Virus record (IMG/VR): IMGVR_UViG_3300037466_002980
Coordinates: 298,811-362,810 of that record
Strand: one strand, 5' to 3'
From: a virus
Taxonomy: Duplodnaviria; Heunggongvirae; Uroviricota; Caudoviricetes
Length of the DNA stretch: 64,000 nt
Below the pieces are notes generated by a model, which was not told the origin of the DNA, did not search any database, and saw only the letters and a list, made by a program, of their open reading frames with translations. Made by a program: the position numbers and the translations under genes. Within the stretch, counting starts at the first letter, position 1; every line of letters starts with the position of its first letter. Positions 44,213 through 53,484 of this stretch are shown piece by piece.

Positions 44213-44471
44213 TATATTTTAATTTGAAGGCTAGATAATCTTCCTCGGTTTCGAAAATTATGTAATATTTGTTTCCACCCTCAATGATATGTTCACAATG
44301 ATATTTCTTTAATTCTATATCTCGATAATACTCATACTCTTTCATATAATCTCTATTTGATCTCAGAAATAGATTATGTTCTTTCTGAATATAACGATTG
44401 AAATTGTCCCAGAGATCAATTAATGTATCACCTACCGGGAATAAATTTATCTTTACTTTGTTACCAGCCAT
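44202..44471 (-). CDS. family E small protein
   Basis: 'FETEEDYLAFKLKYNGR'. Confidence 0.55.
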   Translation of the reverse strand: MAGNKVKINLFPVGDTLIDLWDNFNRYIQKEHNLFLRSNRDYMKEYEYYRDIELKKYHCEHIIEGGNKYYIIFETEEDYLAFKLKYNGR

Positions 44472-44721
44472 AACTTAACCTGAATAATACTAGATCTTCT
44501 TCGTGTTCAAAAATTAGATAAAATCTTGGAAACTCAATAATTTTACAGTGAAATGTGGTCAATATTTCGTCTCTTATTTTTCTAAATTTTCCTACGTAAT
44601 TGATATCAGAAGGATCTAACATAAATTCTTTCTGAAGACGAACAATAAAATTTTCCCAGAAATTCTCTAACATTCCGTTTTTGAATAAATCCAATTCGAT
44701 TGATGTTTTATTTTCTAGCAT
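44461..44721 (-). CDS. family E small protein
   Basis: 'FEHEEDLVLFRLSYGW'. Confidence 0.55.
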   Translation of the reverse strand: MLENKTSIELDLFKNGMLENFWENFIVRLQKEFMLDPSDINYVGKFRKIRDEILTTFHCKIIEFPRFYLIFEHEEDLVLFRLSYGW

Positions 44722-44986
44722 ATTCTACATTTACGTACGGAGAATCATATCTTAACATAAAAACAAGTTGCAGTTCACTATTCTTGAAATTTACCGTAGC
44801 ATGTTGAGTATAACCAAAGTCATAATATGAAGCTTCATATTTCTCAAATTCTTTAACAATATATTCGGTCCTAGCATGACCATTGATTTTCTTAAAATTG
44901 TTGTGTTCTTTGAAAATATCATTAATAAAATTTTTCCACCAATTAGGACAATCGTTAAAGGTAGAAGGAATGGTGAAGCATGTCAT
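44708..44986 (-). CDS. family E small protein
   Basis: 'CPNWWKNFINDI...FKNSELQLVFMLRYDSPY'. Confidence 0.55.
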   Translation of the reverse strand: MTCFTIPSTFNDCPNWWKNFINDIFKEHNNFKKINGHARTEYIVKEFEKYEASYYDFGYTQHATVNFKNSELQLVFMLRYDSPYVNVEYARK

Positions 44987-45234
44987 GAAAATTTTAATTT
45001 GAATACCAATAGGTCTTCTTCAGTTTCAAATTCAACAGAATATCCAGAATTCGAATCATGGATAAATTTAGCATTATATTTTTCTAATTCAAGATCAATT
45101 CCATTCCTGAATATTTTGTTTTCTTCATTTCCGTATGTGTTTACCAAATTATATAATTCTAGAATATATTTTTCAAAATTTTGCCACTCGACAGGACAGT
45201 TCCTTAAATATGTAGCAAGTTTAAAAATAACCAT
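44983..45234 (-). CDS. family E small protein
   Basis: 'CPVEWQNFEKYI...FETEEDLLVFKLKFS'. Confidence 0.55.
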   Translation of the reverse strand: MVIFKLATYLRNCPVEWQNFEKYILELYNLVNTYGNEENKIFRNGIDLELEKYNAKFIHDSNSGYSVEFETEEDLLVFKLKFS

Positions 45235-45484
45235 TATGAAAATTTTAATTTGAATGCTAATAAGTCTTCTTTAGTTTCAAATTCAACAGAATATCCAAAA
45301 TTCGAATCATGGATAAATTTCGCTCTATATTTTTTTAGTTCACCATTAAACATTCTTCCCCAGGTTGTTATCTGTTCTTTATCTGCATTGTGTATATCTA
45401 TAGACAATTTTTCTGAAATATAGCTTTCAAAATTTTGCCATTCTATTGGGCATCTATGGTTGGGGCAAGATTAAATATAACCAT
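45235..45484 (-). pseudogene. frameshifted paralog of the gene at 44983..45234
   Basis: starts 'MVIFNLAPTIDAQ*' and continues in another frame as 'HRCPIEWQNFESY...FETKEDLLAFKLKFS'; there is a 4-nt deletion relative to its neighbour, and this is why no ORF of 60 aa or more is listed here. Confidence 0.5.
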
Positions 45485-45711
45485 TATGAAAATCTCAATT
45501 TAAAAATCATAGCTTCTTCTTCTGAATCGAACATTAGACATGGACTCTTATCTTGAACATAATGCATAGATGCACTAAATTTTCGAAGCTCCTTGTCCCT
45601 ATAATTATAAAATTCTGGTGTTGCAAGAGATTTGTTGTTCAGAAGAAAATTTACAAATCTACTCCAATATGGATATGCGTGTCCCTTGTTATAGATTTCT
45701 AGAATATACAT
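45484..45711 (-). CDS. family E small protein
   Basis: 'FDSEEEAMIFKLRFS'. Confidence 0.55.
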   Translation of the reverse strand: MYILEIYNKGHAYPYWSRFVNFLLNNKSLATPEFYNYRDKELRKFSASMHYVQDKSPCLMFDSEEEAMIFKLRFS

Positions 45712-45941
45712 TATGAATATTTTATTTTGAATAAGATTGCATCGTTTTCTGTATCGAATTCTATTACAGGATTTTCATTATAACAAAAAAGCATGCGACC
45801 ATTAAATTCGGAAACAAGCGTATCTCGTATGATAAAAAGACTTACATTCTTCTTTTCTGCTTCCCAAAGAACATAATCTGAAAATCGAATCCAGTATGCT
45901 AAAAAATTACTCTCTGTATCACAAATTTCTAGAATATACAT
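45711..45941 (-). CDS. family E small protein
   Basis: 'FDTENDAILFKIKYS'. Confidence 0.55.
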   Translation of the reverse strand: MYILEICDTESNFLAYWIRFSDYVLWEAEKKNVSLFIIRDTLVSEFNGRMLFCYNENPVIEFDTENDAILFKIKYS

Positions 45942-45944
45942 TTT

Positions 45945-46241
45945 CTAAGTGCCAGACACACAATCATCAATTGTTTTATATTTCAATTTAAAAATTAGAA
46001 AATCATGTTCGTTAATAAACCAAATTTTGGTATTATCTAATTGAAAGGGTGTCTGCCATATCCAATCATTTCCAAATTGGGCATCAAATTCAATTCTATC
46101 TTTCTCATTTATTCTGTGATCAAGATATAGATGTGGAAAATTATAATCTAGATATGCTACTGCATCTCTAGGCCTATCTCGGAGATCACGGTCAATTCTG
46201 AAATTCTCAAGTTTTGTCATGATACACAGATTATCAATCAT
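45945..46241 (-). CDS. small protein of the terminal-motif family
   Basis: 'INEHDFLIFKLKYKTIDD'. Confidence 0.5.
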   Translation of the reverse strand: MIDNLCIMTKLENFRIDRDLRDRPRDAVAYLDYNFPHLYLDHRINEKDRIEFDAQFGNDWIWQTPFQLDNTKIWFINEHDFLIFKLKYKTIDDCVSGT

Positions 46242-46594
46242 TTTACCCTACCAGACAGCACTTCCAAAGATAATTTCATTTCAGCCTCATCCTTAAATGA
46301 AGGCCAAATTTCCATCAATCGTTGTTCTGTAATTTCGATATAACCCTTTTTGTCCATTTTCGAATTCTTCAATTTCTCAGTATCATAGACAGAATATACA
46401 TCTGGCTTGAATTGCATTGCTTTTCCGCGACGACCCCAGAAAATCACAATATTGCGACCTTCGTTAGCCCAATTTGTTCCGCCCTTCCAGGACCAATTGT
46501 TTGTTCCAGATGAACGGAAAAAATAACCCCAGATTTTGTCGTGGTTTTCTGTTGCGTCGAAACAATGTCCGATAAAACCATATTCAAAGTTCAT
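46238..46594 (-). CDS. hypothetical protein
   Basis: 118-aa ORF. Confidence 0.45.
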   Translation of the reverse strand: MNFEYGFIGHCFDATENHDKIWGYFFRSSGTNNWSWKGGTNWANEGRNIVIFWGRRGKAMQFKPDVYSVYDTEKLKNSKMDKKGYIEITEQRLMEIWPSFKDEAEMKLSLEVLSGRVK

Positions 46595-46686
46595 TTCTTT
46601 CCTTCAGAATCTTAAATGTTTCATCCATTGCCAAACTAGGCCATTCTTCGGCCCAGAATTCATTATTCCTAAATCCCGTTTTCATC

Positions 46687-47076
46687 TTAGAATCTCTTAA
46701 TTCTGTTCCTAAGGCTTTCCAACTTCTTTTCAAGTTGTTCCGCTTCTTCCTCTAATTTGAGTTTTTCTTCTACGGTGTTCTTGTCGATTTTCTTGGCATG
46801 AATTGCTTCAATACGACCACCGCCGCCCCATTGCCAAAAACGTGGTAATTCAACTGCATAGGAAATAACATCTCCTAATTTTCCTTCTACTGTTTCTAGC
46901 AGAGGAGTTACATGCGAACCACCCAAATCGCAATTTGGATCCTCACCAAAAATCTGCCAAAGACCATGTTGAGAAAGAGAATATTCCTCAAGGAGACCCT
47001 TTGCAGAATATCCTTCGAGGAATTTTAATACCCGTTCAGCGTGTTTTTGTTCCGACATTTGAACCTTCTTTAGCAA
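46687..47076 (-). CDS. hypothetical protein with a C-terminal coiled coil
   Basis: 129-aa ORF; 'EEKLKLEEEAEQLEKKLESLRNRIKRF'. Confidence 0.45.
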   Translation of the reverse strand: MLKKVQMSEQKHAERVLKFLEGYSAKGLLEEYSLSQHGLWQIFGEDPNCDLGGSHVTPLLETVEGKLGDVISYAVELPRFWQWGGGGRIEAIHAKKIDKNTVEEKLKLEEEAEQLEKKLESLRNRIKRF

Positions 47077-47108
47077 TTATAAATTAAACTAATTGAAGGC
47101 TCAAATAA

Positions 47109-47726
47109 TCAAATTGCGAAACATGCGCTGGCAATCAAGATGGTAAGAATAGTAAGACCCAGCGTAACCCAAACCATCAACCATTCACCATCGTGGTCTA
47201 GATCATGGAAAGACTTAGGTACCCGGACCTGTTTCGTTCCTTTATACAGACCCCAGAAGAGTGTGTAATCCATTGAAACGAATTTTTCAGTGAAAAGTCG
47301 GAGATAGAAAGTCCTAGCAAGGGTTAGGCCGATCACCAAAACCAACAGTCCAAATAGAATGTGAACTATACCAGTCCCTGCTACCTTCCAGATAATTAGT
47401 GCTGCGGTAAGCCGGCCTGCATCGGTGTGCAGGAAATCATTTACAGTAACGCCAAGCTCCTTTGCAGCGATATTCAGCGCCTTAGCGAATCCTTCGGCTG
47501 CAACGGCTGCCTGATTTCCCCAGGTAGCGGCCAAGGTTGCCACAGAACTTACATCCTTCAATGTGGAAGGAGAGTCCTGTTTAGCCTTTTCTGCCGCTTT
47601 CTGAGCAGCAATAGCCTTCAATTCAGCAACATCGGAATCTGAAAGATTTCCTGTATCGATTACAGTTGTGCTGGCGAATGCAGCAATCGAAGCTGCCATC
47701 AAGGTTGCGGCAATAAGTAGTTTCAT
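47109..47726 (-). CDS. secreted or membrane protein with a signal peptide and C-terminal transmembrane helices
   Basis: start trimmed to 'MKLLIAATLMAASIAAFA', which has an AGGAG Shine-Dalgarno 7 nt upstream; hydrophobic C-terminal helices. Confidence 0.5.
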   Translation of the reverse strand: MKLLIAATLMAASIAAFASTTVIDTGNLSDSDVAELKAIAAQKAAEKAKQDSPSTLKDVSSVATLAATWGNQAAVAAEGFAKALNIAAKELGVTVNDFLHTDAGRLTAALIIWKVAGTGIVHILFGLLVLVIGLTLARTFYLRLFTEKFVSMDYTLFWGLYKGTKQVRVPKSFHDLDHDGEWLMVWVTLGLTILTILIASACFAI

Positions 47727-47737
47727 TTGATCTCCTA

Positions 47738-48838
47738 TTAGAATGCAATATCTTGCCAATTTCGTTGCGCATATTCCTTACGTTTGATATTGACTACGAT
47801 ATTGGATCCACCTTCTGTAAAAACATAAGTGAAGACACCGTTATCGTAATCCACATTTCGCAGGTTATGTGCATTGATTGGAACTTCCTCCCAGGAACTA
47901 TCATTATCGAGTTCGTCCTGGTTTTCAGACGTTCCTTCCTTAACATCAAGGTAGGAAATAGTCAGCTCTTCTTGAGCAATCGGAATACCGCGGATTTGGT
48001 TTGGCGAAATATGTTCCACCTTCTTTCCGTTACGCATGATTTCAATCTCATGAAGAACGGATCCTGCATCGACGGGTTTTGCGTTGAGCATTTCCATTGC
48101 TTGCTTCGGACTTTCGTCGTATCGATTCATTTCTTCCACAAGAGCCTTCAACATATCAAAGTTGAAGGAATCGAACAAAATGGGAAGCCTGGCCATCTGA
48201 TCGATATGCTTCTGAAGTTCAGGCTTAAGGTTATCAGTTGCATATTCACGAATGAAGGTCGCATCCAGTCCCTTATAATCCAGCATGTAATAAATACGCC
48301 CTGGACGATTGCGCATATGATGACTGACTCGATATTTGTCATTTACAGTCAGAATGAACATCTTCTTGGAAGGATACATACCATCTAGAAGAGTAAGGAT
48401 AAGTTCCTGTTGTTCAGTATCGTACACCTTTTCAAATTCGTCAAAGATGACAATACATGCTTCATCGATCTTCTGAATGAAGGTATTAAATTCTTCGCCG
48501 CAGAAGGGTGTATTAATTACGATTGTCGAAATGCCATCCTTCAGTGCCTTCTCGGAGATTGATTTTGCAAGGAGTGTTTTTCCACTACCTTTTTCGCCAT
48601 TAAGGAGAACACCGGTGCAATGCGGACGATCTTTGAATGTGTTAAGAATTCTATCAGCTTGTTGGGTTGCGTTTCCGTAGATCTTTCCGGTAATCTTGAA
48701 ATCTTCGATAATCTCAAGGTACAATCCTTTCATGGATTGTTTCACTGTATAGGTTCCTACAGGAAGACTGTCCCTAAGATCTTGTGCTTCTTTCAGGGTC
48801 GGCCAAAGAATATTCTGTTCTTTTAGGTAATAACTCAT
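47738..48838 (-). CDS. AAA+ ATPase
   Basis: Walker A 'GEKGSGKT' and Walker B 'IVIFDEFEK'; AAGGAAA Shine-Dalgarno. Confidence 0.6.
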   Translation of the reverse strand: MSYYLKEQNILWPTLKEAQDLRDSLPVGTYTVKQSMKGLYLEIIEDFKITGKIYGNATQQADRILNTFKDRPHCTGVLLNGEKGSGKTLLAKSISEKALKDGISTIVINTPFCGEEFNTFIQKIDEACIVIFDEFEKVYDTEQQELILTLLDGMYPSKKMFILTVNDKYRVSHHMRNRPGRIYYMLDYKGLDATFIREYATDNLKPELQKHIDQMARLPILFDSFNFDMLKALVEEMNRYDESPKQAMEMLNAKPVDAGSVLHEIEIMRNGKKVEHISPNQIRGIPIAQEELTISYLDVKEGTSENQDELDNDSSWEEVPINAHNLRNVDYDNGVFTYVFTEGGSNIVVNIKRKEYAQRNWQDIAF

Positions 48839-48858
48839 TTATAATTTCCTTTTTTAAA

Positions 48859-49158
48859 TTAATCCACAATCCAAATATAGGCAGGTACCATTGAGGTATA
48901 ACATACCTGTTCGTCGTATTCGGGTTTGTCATCAGCATAATCCATATGCTGATCGTATTCGTCTTCTTGGATGGCCCTGAGATCTTTCAATTCGGGATCA
49001 TTTAGTTCTGTTGTGACATCCCAATTACCCCGTAACAATCCATCATCGAAAAGTTGCAGGGCAATGGTGTCTCGATGCGAAGAATAATCCAGACCACGCC
49101 CCTTCAAGGCAGTTATTACCTCTTCCGCGGCCCAGATTGCTTCATTGCACAATCTCAT
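48859..49158 (-). CDS. acidic hypothetical protein
   Basis: 99-aa ORF between the ATPase gene and the vWA gene. Confidence 0.4.
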   Translation of the reverse strand: MRLCNEAIWAAEEVITALKGRGLDYSSHRDTIALQLFDDGLLRGNWDVTTELNDPELKDLRAIQEDEYDQHMDYADDKPEYDEQVCYTSMVPAYIWIVD

Positions 49159-49169
49159 ATGTTCACCGA

Positions 49170-50210
49170 TTAGGCCGGCATTGCCGTCCAGATCATCAGG
49201 TTGGTACCTTTCGTGAGCTTACGATTAACGGAAGTGGATTGCACGAAGATTTCGTAATCTCCGTGATCTCCGGGGACAAGCTTCACTTCGCCGTATTGCG
49301 GAAGTCCCAGAAGGTCGCGTGCTGCAAATCCGCTGTAGACGGCACCGGTATTGGTGTCACGAATAGCGATTTGTTTATAATCCTGGACCTTCTCGGTCTT
49401 GTTCAGTTGGTAGAAAGCGCAACCCTTAGTGAAATGCACGCCCTGGGCTTCCACGAAATCACGGATTTCCACGCCATCGTTACGATGATCCACTTCGTAG
49501 ACATCCACTTGATTGGAAATGTCCACCAGGTTCTTTTTCAGTTCCTTTACCGTCACATCGCTGATATCTGCGTAGAACTTGTCCGTGCTGCGAACACCGG
49601 ATGCTCTCGCAGCATAGAAACCACGCATTGCAGATTTCGTTGCCGCAGTCGATTTTTCCATGCCCGCGGTGCTGGTATCCCATTCCAGGATATTGCCGGG
49701 TGCAATGCCATAACGTACAAGTTCTCTCGCGCCGCCTCTCGGAACACGGAAAGTGAATGTCCAACGATCCGTCTTCTGGAGTTCCTTGATTTTCTTGGAA
49801 AGTGAATTTCCGTTCCATTTTACCGAGCTGTTTTCTTCACCATCGGTAATGACCATAACTACGAAAGACACATCGGGATCATTTGCATCCGGAACGCTTT
49901 GAAGCTGTTCAATCAGATCACCGATACTGTCGAACAGCGGAGTCGAATAACCATCGGTTACGTAGTCTGAAGATTTCATTTCCTTCAGACGATTAATACT
50001 GGAATTGGTACTTTCACGTACCACCAATGCACCCCTACCATCATGGCCACCGACACCGCATTTTACCACACTCACTACGGTGTCGATATCATGTTCGTCG
50101 GCGCCTTCGCGAATGGAAAGGATCAGCTCGTTGTAATCCTTTGCGGCTGCGGAAGCGATGGGCAGCATCGAACGGCTATGATCACGGCTGATTCCGAAGT
50201 AGTTTTTCAT
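49170..50210 (-). CDS. vWA (von Willebrand factor A) domain protein
   Basis: MIDAS motifs 'DHSRSM' (DxSxS) and 'VITDGEEN'; GC-rich; the plus-strand and alternative-frame ORFs overlapping it are artefacts. Confidence 0.55.
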   Translation of the reverse strand: MKNYFGISRDHSRSMLPIASAAAKDYNELILSIREGADEHDIDTVVSVVKCGVGGHDGRGALVVRESTNSSINRLKEMKSSDYVTDGYSTPLFDSIGDLIEQLQSVPDANDPDVSFVVMVITDGEENSSVKWNGNSLSKKIKELQKTDRWTFTFRVPRGGARELVRYGIAPGNILEWDTSTAGMEKSTAATKSAMRGFYAARASGVRSTDKFYADISDVTVKELKKNLVDISNQVDVYEVDHRNDGVEIRDFVEAQGVHFTKGCAFYQLNKTEKVQDYKQIAIRDTNTGAVYSGFAARDLLGLPQYGEVKLVPGDHGDYEIFVQSTSVNRKLTKGTNLMIWTAMPA

Positions 50211-50283
50211 CTCAAAATCCTTTCAGGTAAGTGTGTAATGGCAAAATATATAATAGCTGTATTCCAAGAAGTCGTCAAATGGC

Positions 50284-50736
50284 TTATTGAATCCAGAGTA
50301 TTACAGGAACTGTAACAGTTTGTTCAATTATCTCTCTTACAATTTCCCAATTTCCACCGCCTAGTCCACATCCAATAAGTGGAATATGGATTTCTTTCTT
50401 AAAACTAGCATACCAATCACAATCAAGCGATTGTTGAATTAGTTTGAAGCAATTTTCAATTGCATCATAACTTACATGTCTTCGGTCAGTTCCAAAGTAT
50501 TCCTGGGTAATGGCATTCCAGACTAGGATTCCCTCTTCTGCGCGCACTGGATAAACATCTCCTACCGTTAGGCCTTTCTTTTCAAAGATGTCACGATAAT
50601 CTTGATAAACGTGTGGCCATTTATCTTTAATGGCTTTCGCCACACCAGATCCCATTACTCCTTGCGCATTACAACCATGCACAATATGCCCGGAAGGAAT
50701 ATCAAGAAGGCTACCGGTCTTCTTTTCAATTTTCAT
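50284..50736 (-). CDS. macro-domain (ADP-ribose-binding / ADP-ribosylhydrolase) protein
   Basis: 'GCNAQGVMGSGVAKAI' and 'IGCGLGGGNW' macro-domain glycine motifs; the start is taken as the internal M ('MKIEKK'), which has a GGAAA ribosome-binding site; the upstream ATG at 50826 would add a hydrophobic N-terminus. Confidence 0.55.
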   Translation of the reverse strand: MKIEKKTGSLLDIPSGHIVHGCNAQGVMGSGVAKAIKDKWPHVYQDYRDIFEKKGLTVGDVYPVRAEEGILVWNAITQEYFGTDRRHVSYDAIENCFKLIQQSLDCDWYASFKKEIHIPLIGCGLGGGNWEIVREIIEQTVTVPVILWIQ

Positions 50737-50913
50737 ATTATTTCCAGAAACGAATATATCTGTAATAGAGATAACGGAAAGTATTCCAATTAAGGAAAAG
50801 CAGACAACCGCCGATGATTCCAGCAATTATATCTGCACGAAAAATAAAGAAGAAAAGATTTAGAAGGGTAACAATTACCACAAACCAAGTCCAAAAATCA
50901 TTCTTAGGAGGCA

Positions 50914-51339
50914 TCATTTTATTTCCTTCACTTTCATAATAGCGTTTCGTTGATCGAATTTTGTTTTTGCTTTAGTCCACATTTCCCAATCAATCTCAAC
51001 CGGGCAATCATCGGATAGCGGATCAAAAATAATTGCTCCGGAATCTCTACAATTGTGTTTTGCATCATCGATTCCATTGATATGATGTTCTCCGAGCATC
51101 GAATATGCCTTTCCCGACCACCATACACGGACTCGATTCTCCATCCAATCCATAGAAAATGAATTTTCACATAATCCATTCCATGTTTCGATTATCGTAT
51201 TGTCGGGTCTTGAAATTTGCACCTTTTTCAAAACCACTCGCAGAGGAAGTAATCTTGAAAGATTGTATTTCAGGACTGTCGCAGTAGATTCTTCAGTATT
51301 CATTTGAATTCGACCTTCTTGCAATATTTTCCCTTCCAT
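50914..51339 (-). CDS. hypothetical protein
   Basis: 141-aa ORF. Confidence 0.4.
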   Translation of the reverse strand: MEGKILQEGRIQMNTEESTATVLKYNLSRLLPLRVVLKKVQISRPDNTIIETWNGLCENSFSMDWMENRVRVWWSGKAYSMLGEHHINGIDDAKHNCRDSGAIIFDPLSDDCPVEIDWEMWTKAKTKFDQRNAIMKVKEIK

Positions 51340-51731
51340 GATTGATATGCTTCCTTAACGAAGCTATCAACGGGAGTGTCAGAAACAGTATTAACAATAA
51401 TTTTCTTGGTTTTTCTAAACAACCAAGGAATTCCATAGAATATAAAGAGTAGAATAAGAGAAAAGCATAGAATTCCAAGAACCGCTACGCCAACATCACT
51501 AAACATGAATGTCTTATACAAGATGCTGAAATATACACCAAGAGCAAATTCTACAAGAAGATATTCAATTGTAGTTATAGCTACTAGAAGGACAAAACAA
51601 ACAAGAACACCAAAAATCACATGCCAGGTGTAGGCACAGATATTCTGCTTTTCATCATCTCGTTCATTGAAGCCGGTCATCTGAGCTAATTTATAATGAA
51701 TGCTCTTGCGATTCAACTTAACAGTTTTCAT
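51300..51731 (-). CDS. multi-pass membrane protein
   Basis: three or more hydrophobic helices. Confidence 0.45.
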   Translation of the reverse strand: MKTVKLNRKSIHYKLAQMTGFNERDDEKQNICAYTWHVIFGVLVCFVLLVAITTIEYLLVEFALGVYFSILYKTFMFSDVGVAVLGILCFSLILLFIFYGIPWLFRKTKKIIVNTVSDTPVDSFVKEAYQSWKGKYCKKVEFK

Positions 51732-51783
51732 GATTACTCCTGATTACCTATATTATACAATATTCCTATGTGTTCTGCAAACA

Positions 51784-51999
51784 TCAAAACGGAGATTTAA
51801 ATCCATTTATTCTTTTTACATTACCAGACAATTTTTCAACAGCTCTATCCATTTCCATTATTGCACGACATTCTCTTGGCATCCCAATACTACCAATAAC
51901 CGCCATGCAAGCTTCACACCGGTAGGAGAATCCACTTTCGTAATCAAAGAAAGCTCTATTTCCACAAGGTGCTGTTATAGGATCCATATCAGGAGACAA
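51784..51999 (-). CDS. Cys-rich, zinc-ribbon-like small protein
   Basis: 'CGNRAFFDYESGFSYRCEAC...MPRECRA'. Confidence 0.4.
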   Translation of the reverse strand: MSPDMDPITAPCGNRAFFDYESGFSYRCEACMAVIGSIGMPRECRAIMEMDRAVEKLSGNVKRINGFKSPF

Positions 52000-52231
52000 C
52001 TTCTTCTCCGGTGTTTATATGTTTTCTTGCATCAGAAATTGCTTCATCTGCTGTTTCCCAGGTAAGGTCACTAGTTTCAAAAACATCCTCGTCTTCAAAT
52101 GACCACCAAAAAATCAGTACATCATCTTCTTTTCTATAGGCAATATTATAACCATTATTGGATAGATCTACCGGAGTGTATTCATTCGTCATCATCTTCG
52201 TATTCTTCCTTTTCTTTCTTAATAATTTCAT
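51989..52231 (-). CDS. hypothetical protein
   Basis: 80-aa ORF. Confidence 0.4.
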   Translation of the reverse strand: MKLLRKKRKNTKMMTNEYTPVDLSNNGYNIAYRKEDDVLIFWWSFEDEDVFETSDLTWETADEAISDARKHINTGEEVVS

Positions 52232-53222
52232 TCATTGCATTAATAAGCAATTCATATCCGTGTGTTTCGGATTGTTGTGATCCTAATCCAATAGTGGGTG
52301 CCCATGATTTTCTTACATCAGTCATATATCGATTAATCCATATACCTACTAGAGCTTCATGAATTAGGGACTTAATTTCCTTCCACTTTTCTTTTTCTGC
52401 CAATTCAATAACAGTATCACCGAGTTGAACAATTACTGTATCCGTTCTGTGGCCATCGAAGGCTTGAAGCCATTTTAATGTTCTATTATCGATATCCGTG
52501 TCGAAGGGACGGCGGAACCTTGTATGTCCGAATAATCTATTATCTAAGAGATACTGTTGCATGATGAATTCCACGGTATCATCGACTTCAGCAACAATGT
52601 CTTTGAAATAGGTTCTTGAGTAGGAGTTTTGCCAACCATGTGTTCCTTTATTTTCTCCAACATAGTCTTCTATATAGAATTCGTTTATAATCTTATCAAA
52701 GATATCACCATGAATAACCACATGCTTAACTTTTCGCATCATTGGTTCGGGTTTCTTCATTATATTCAATAATTCATCTAGCCTTGCCTGTTGTTCCGAC
52801 GTAGGTCTTTTCTTTCCGATTTTTTCCATTAGGACATCATATTTTTCCCTAGCTGTCCACTTAGGACTTTCCAAATCAACAATACCAAGTCTTCCCTCAT
52901 GATCAGCCTGGAAAAGAAGATCGATATTGAAATCTTTTTTCTTAACTTCGATATCACGTGATTTATTCTTTCCGACATCCATTTCGAAAAGTTGGTCCCT
53001 TAATTTATCAAGGATTAAATCTAATGCAGGGCCTTCACATTCCTCCACTCCACCATAATCATCATATTTTCCATAGAACGGAATAAGGCAAGGAGTATAT
53101 TGTCCAGTAGTTCCGTAAAAGTCTGAAAATCTCAAATTTTCAGCAATTAGAAATACCACAACACGTTGTGGATGAATAATATGTAGATTAGATATCATGC
53201 AAGTGTGATTCCAGCAACCCAT
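52182..53222 (-). CDS. hypothetical protein
   Basis: 346-aa ORF with no recognisable motif; its start may be internal. Confidence 0.45.
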   Translation of the reverse strand: MGCWNHTCMISNLHIIHPQRVVVFLIAENLRFSDFYGTTGQYTPCLIPFYGKYDDYGGVEECEGPALDLILDKLRDQLFEMDVGKNKSRDIEVKKKDFNIDLLFQADHEGRLGIVDLESPKWTAREKYDVLMEKIGKKRPTSEQQARLDELLNIMKKPEPMMRKVKHVVIHGDIFDKIINEFYIEDYVGENKGTHGWQNSYSRTYFKDIVAEVDDTVEFIMQQYLLDNRLFGHTRFRRPFDTDIDNRTLKWLQAFDGHRTDTVIVQLGDTVIELAEKEKWKEIKSLIHEALVGIWINRYMTDVRKSWAPTIGLGSQQSETHGYELLINAMNEIIKKEKEEYEDDDE

Positions 53223-53223
53223 T

Positions 53224-53484
53224 TTATTTTCCCTTCAATTTATCAACAATATTTTGTTCTTCAATTCTTTTTTTGGCCAATTGTAAGATTTCAATCAGAT
53301 TATCGAGATTCACATCATGAAGTTGAAGATTTATTGTAATATAACCGTAGAAAGAAGCCTCAAACTCAATGCCACCATATTTGGTTACGCGAACTGTATA
53401 TCCACCATTATCAACATGTTGGTAAGCATCTATTACAAAACCCTCCCTGGGTTTTGAGTGTTCTTTAAATTTAAATTCAGGCAT
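53224..53484 (-). CDS. hypothetical protein, paralog of the gene at 53485..53772
   Basis: shared C-terminal 'LHDVNLDNLIEILQLAKKRIEE' / 'FHGLDLEELEEFIQNAKQFISE'. Confidence 0.45.
   Translation of the reverse strand: MPEFKFKEHSKPREGFVIDAYQHVDNGGYTVRVTKYGGIEFEASFYGYITINLQLHDVNLDNLIEILQLAKKRIEEQNIVDKLKGK

Noticed and set aside
47753-50315. plus-strand ORFs 47753..48388, 48477..48680, 48620..48826, 49137..49805 and 50043..50315, and minus-strand 49480..49818, 49553..49747 and 48148..48342
   Set aside because: Antisense or alternative-frame ORFs inside the AAA+ and vWA genes.
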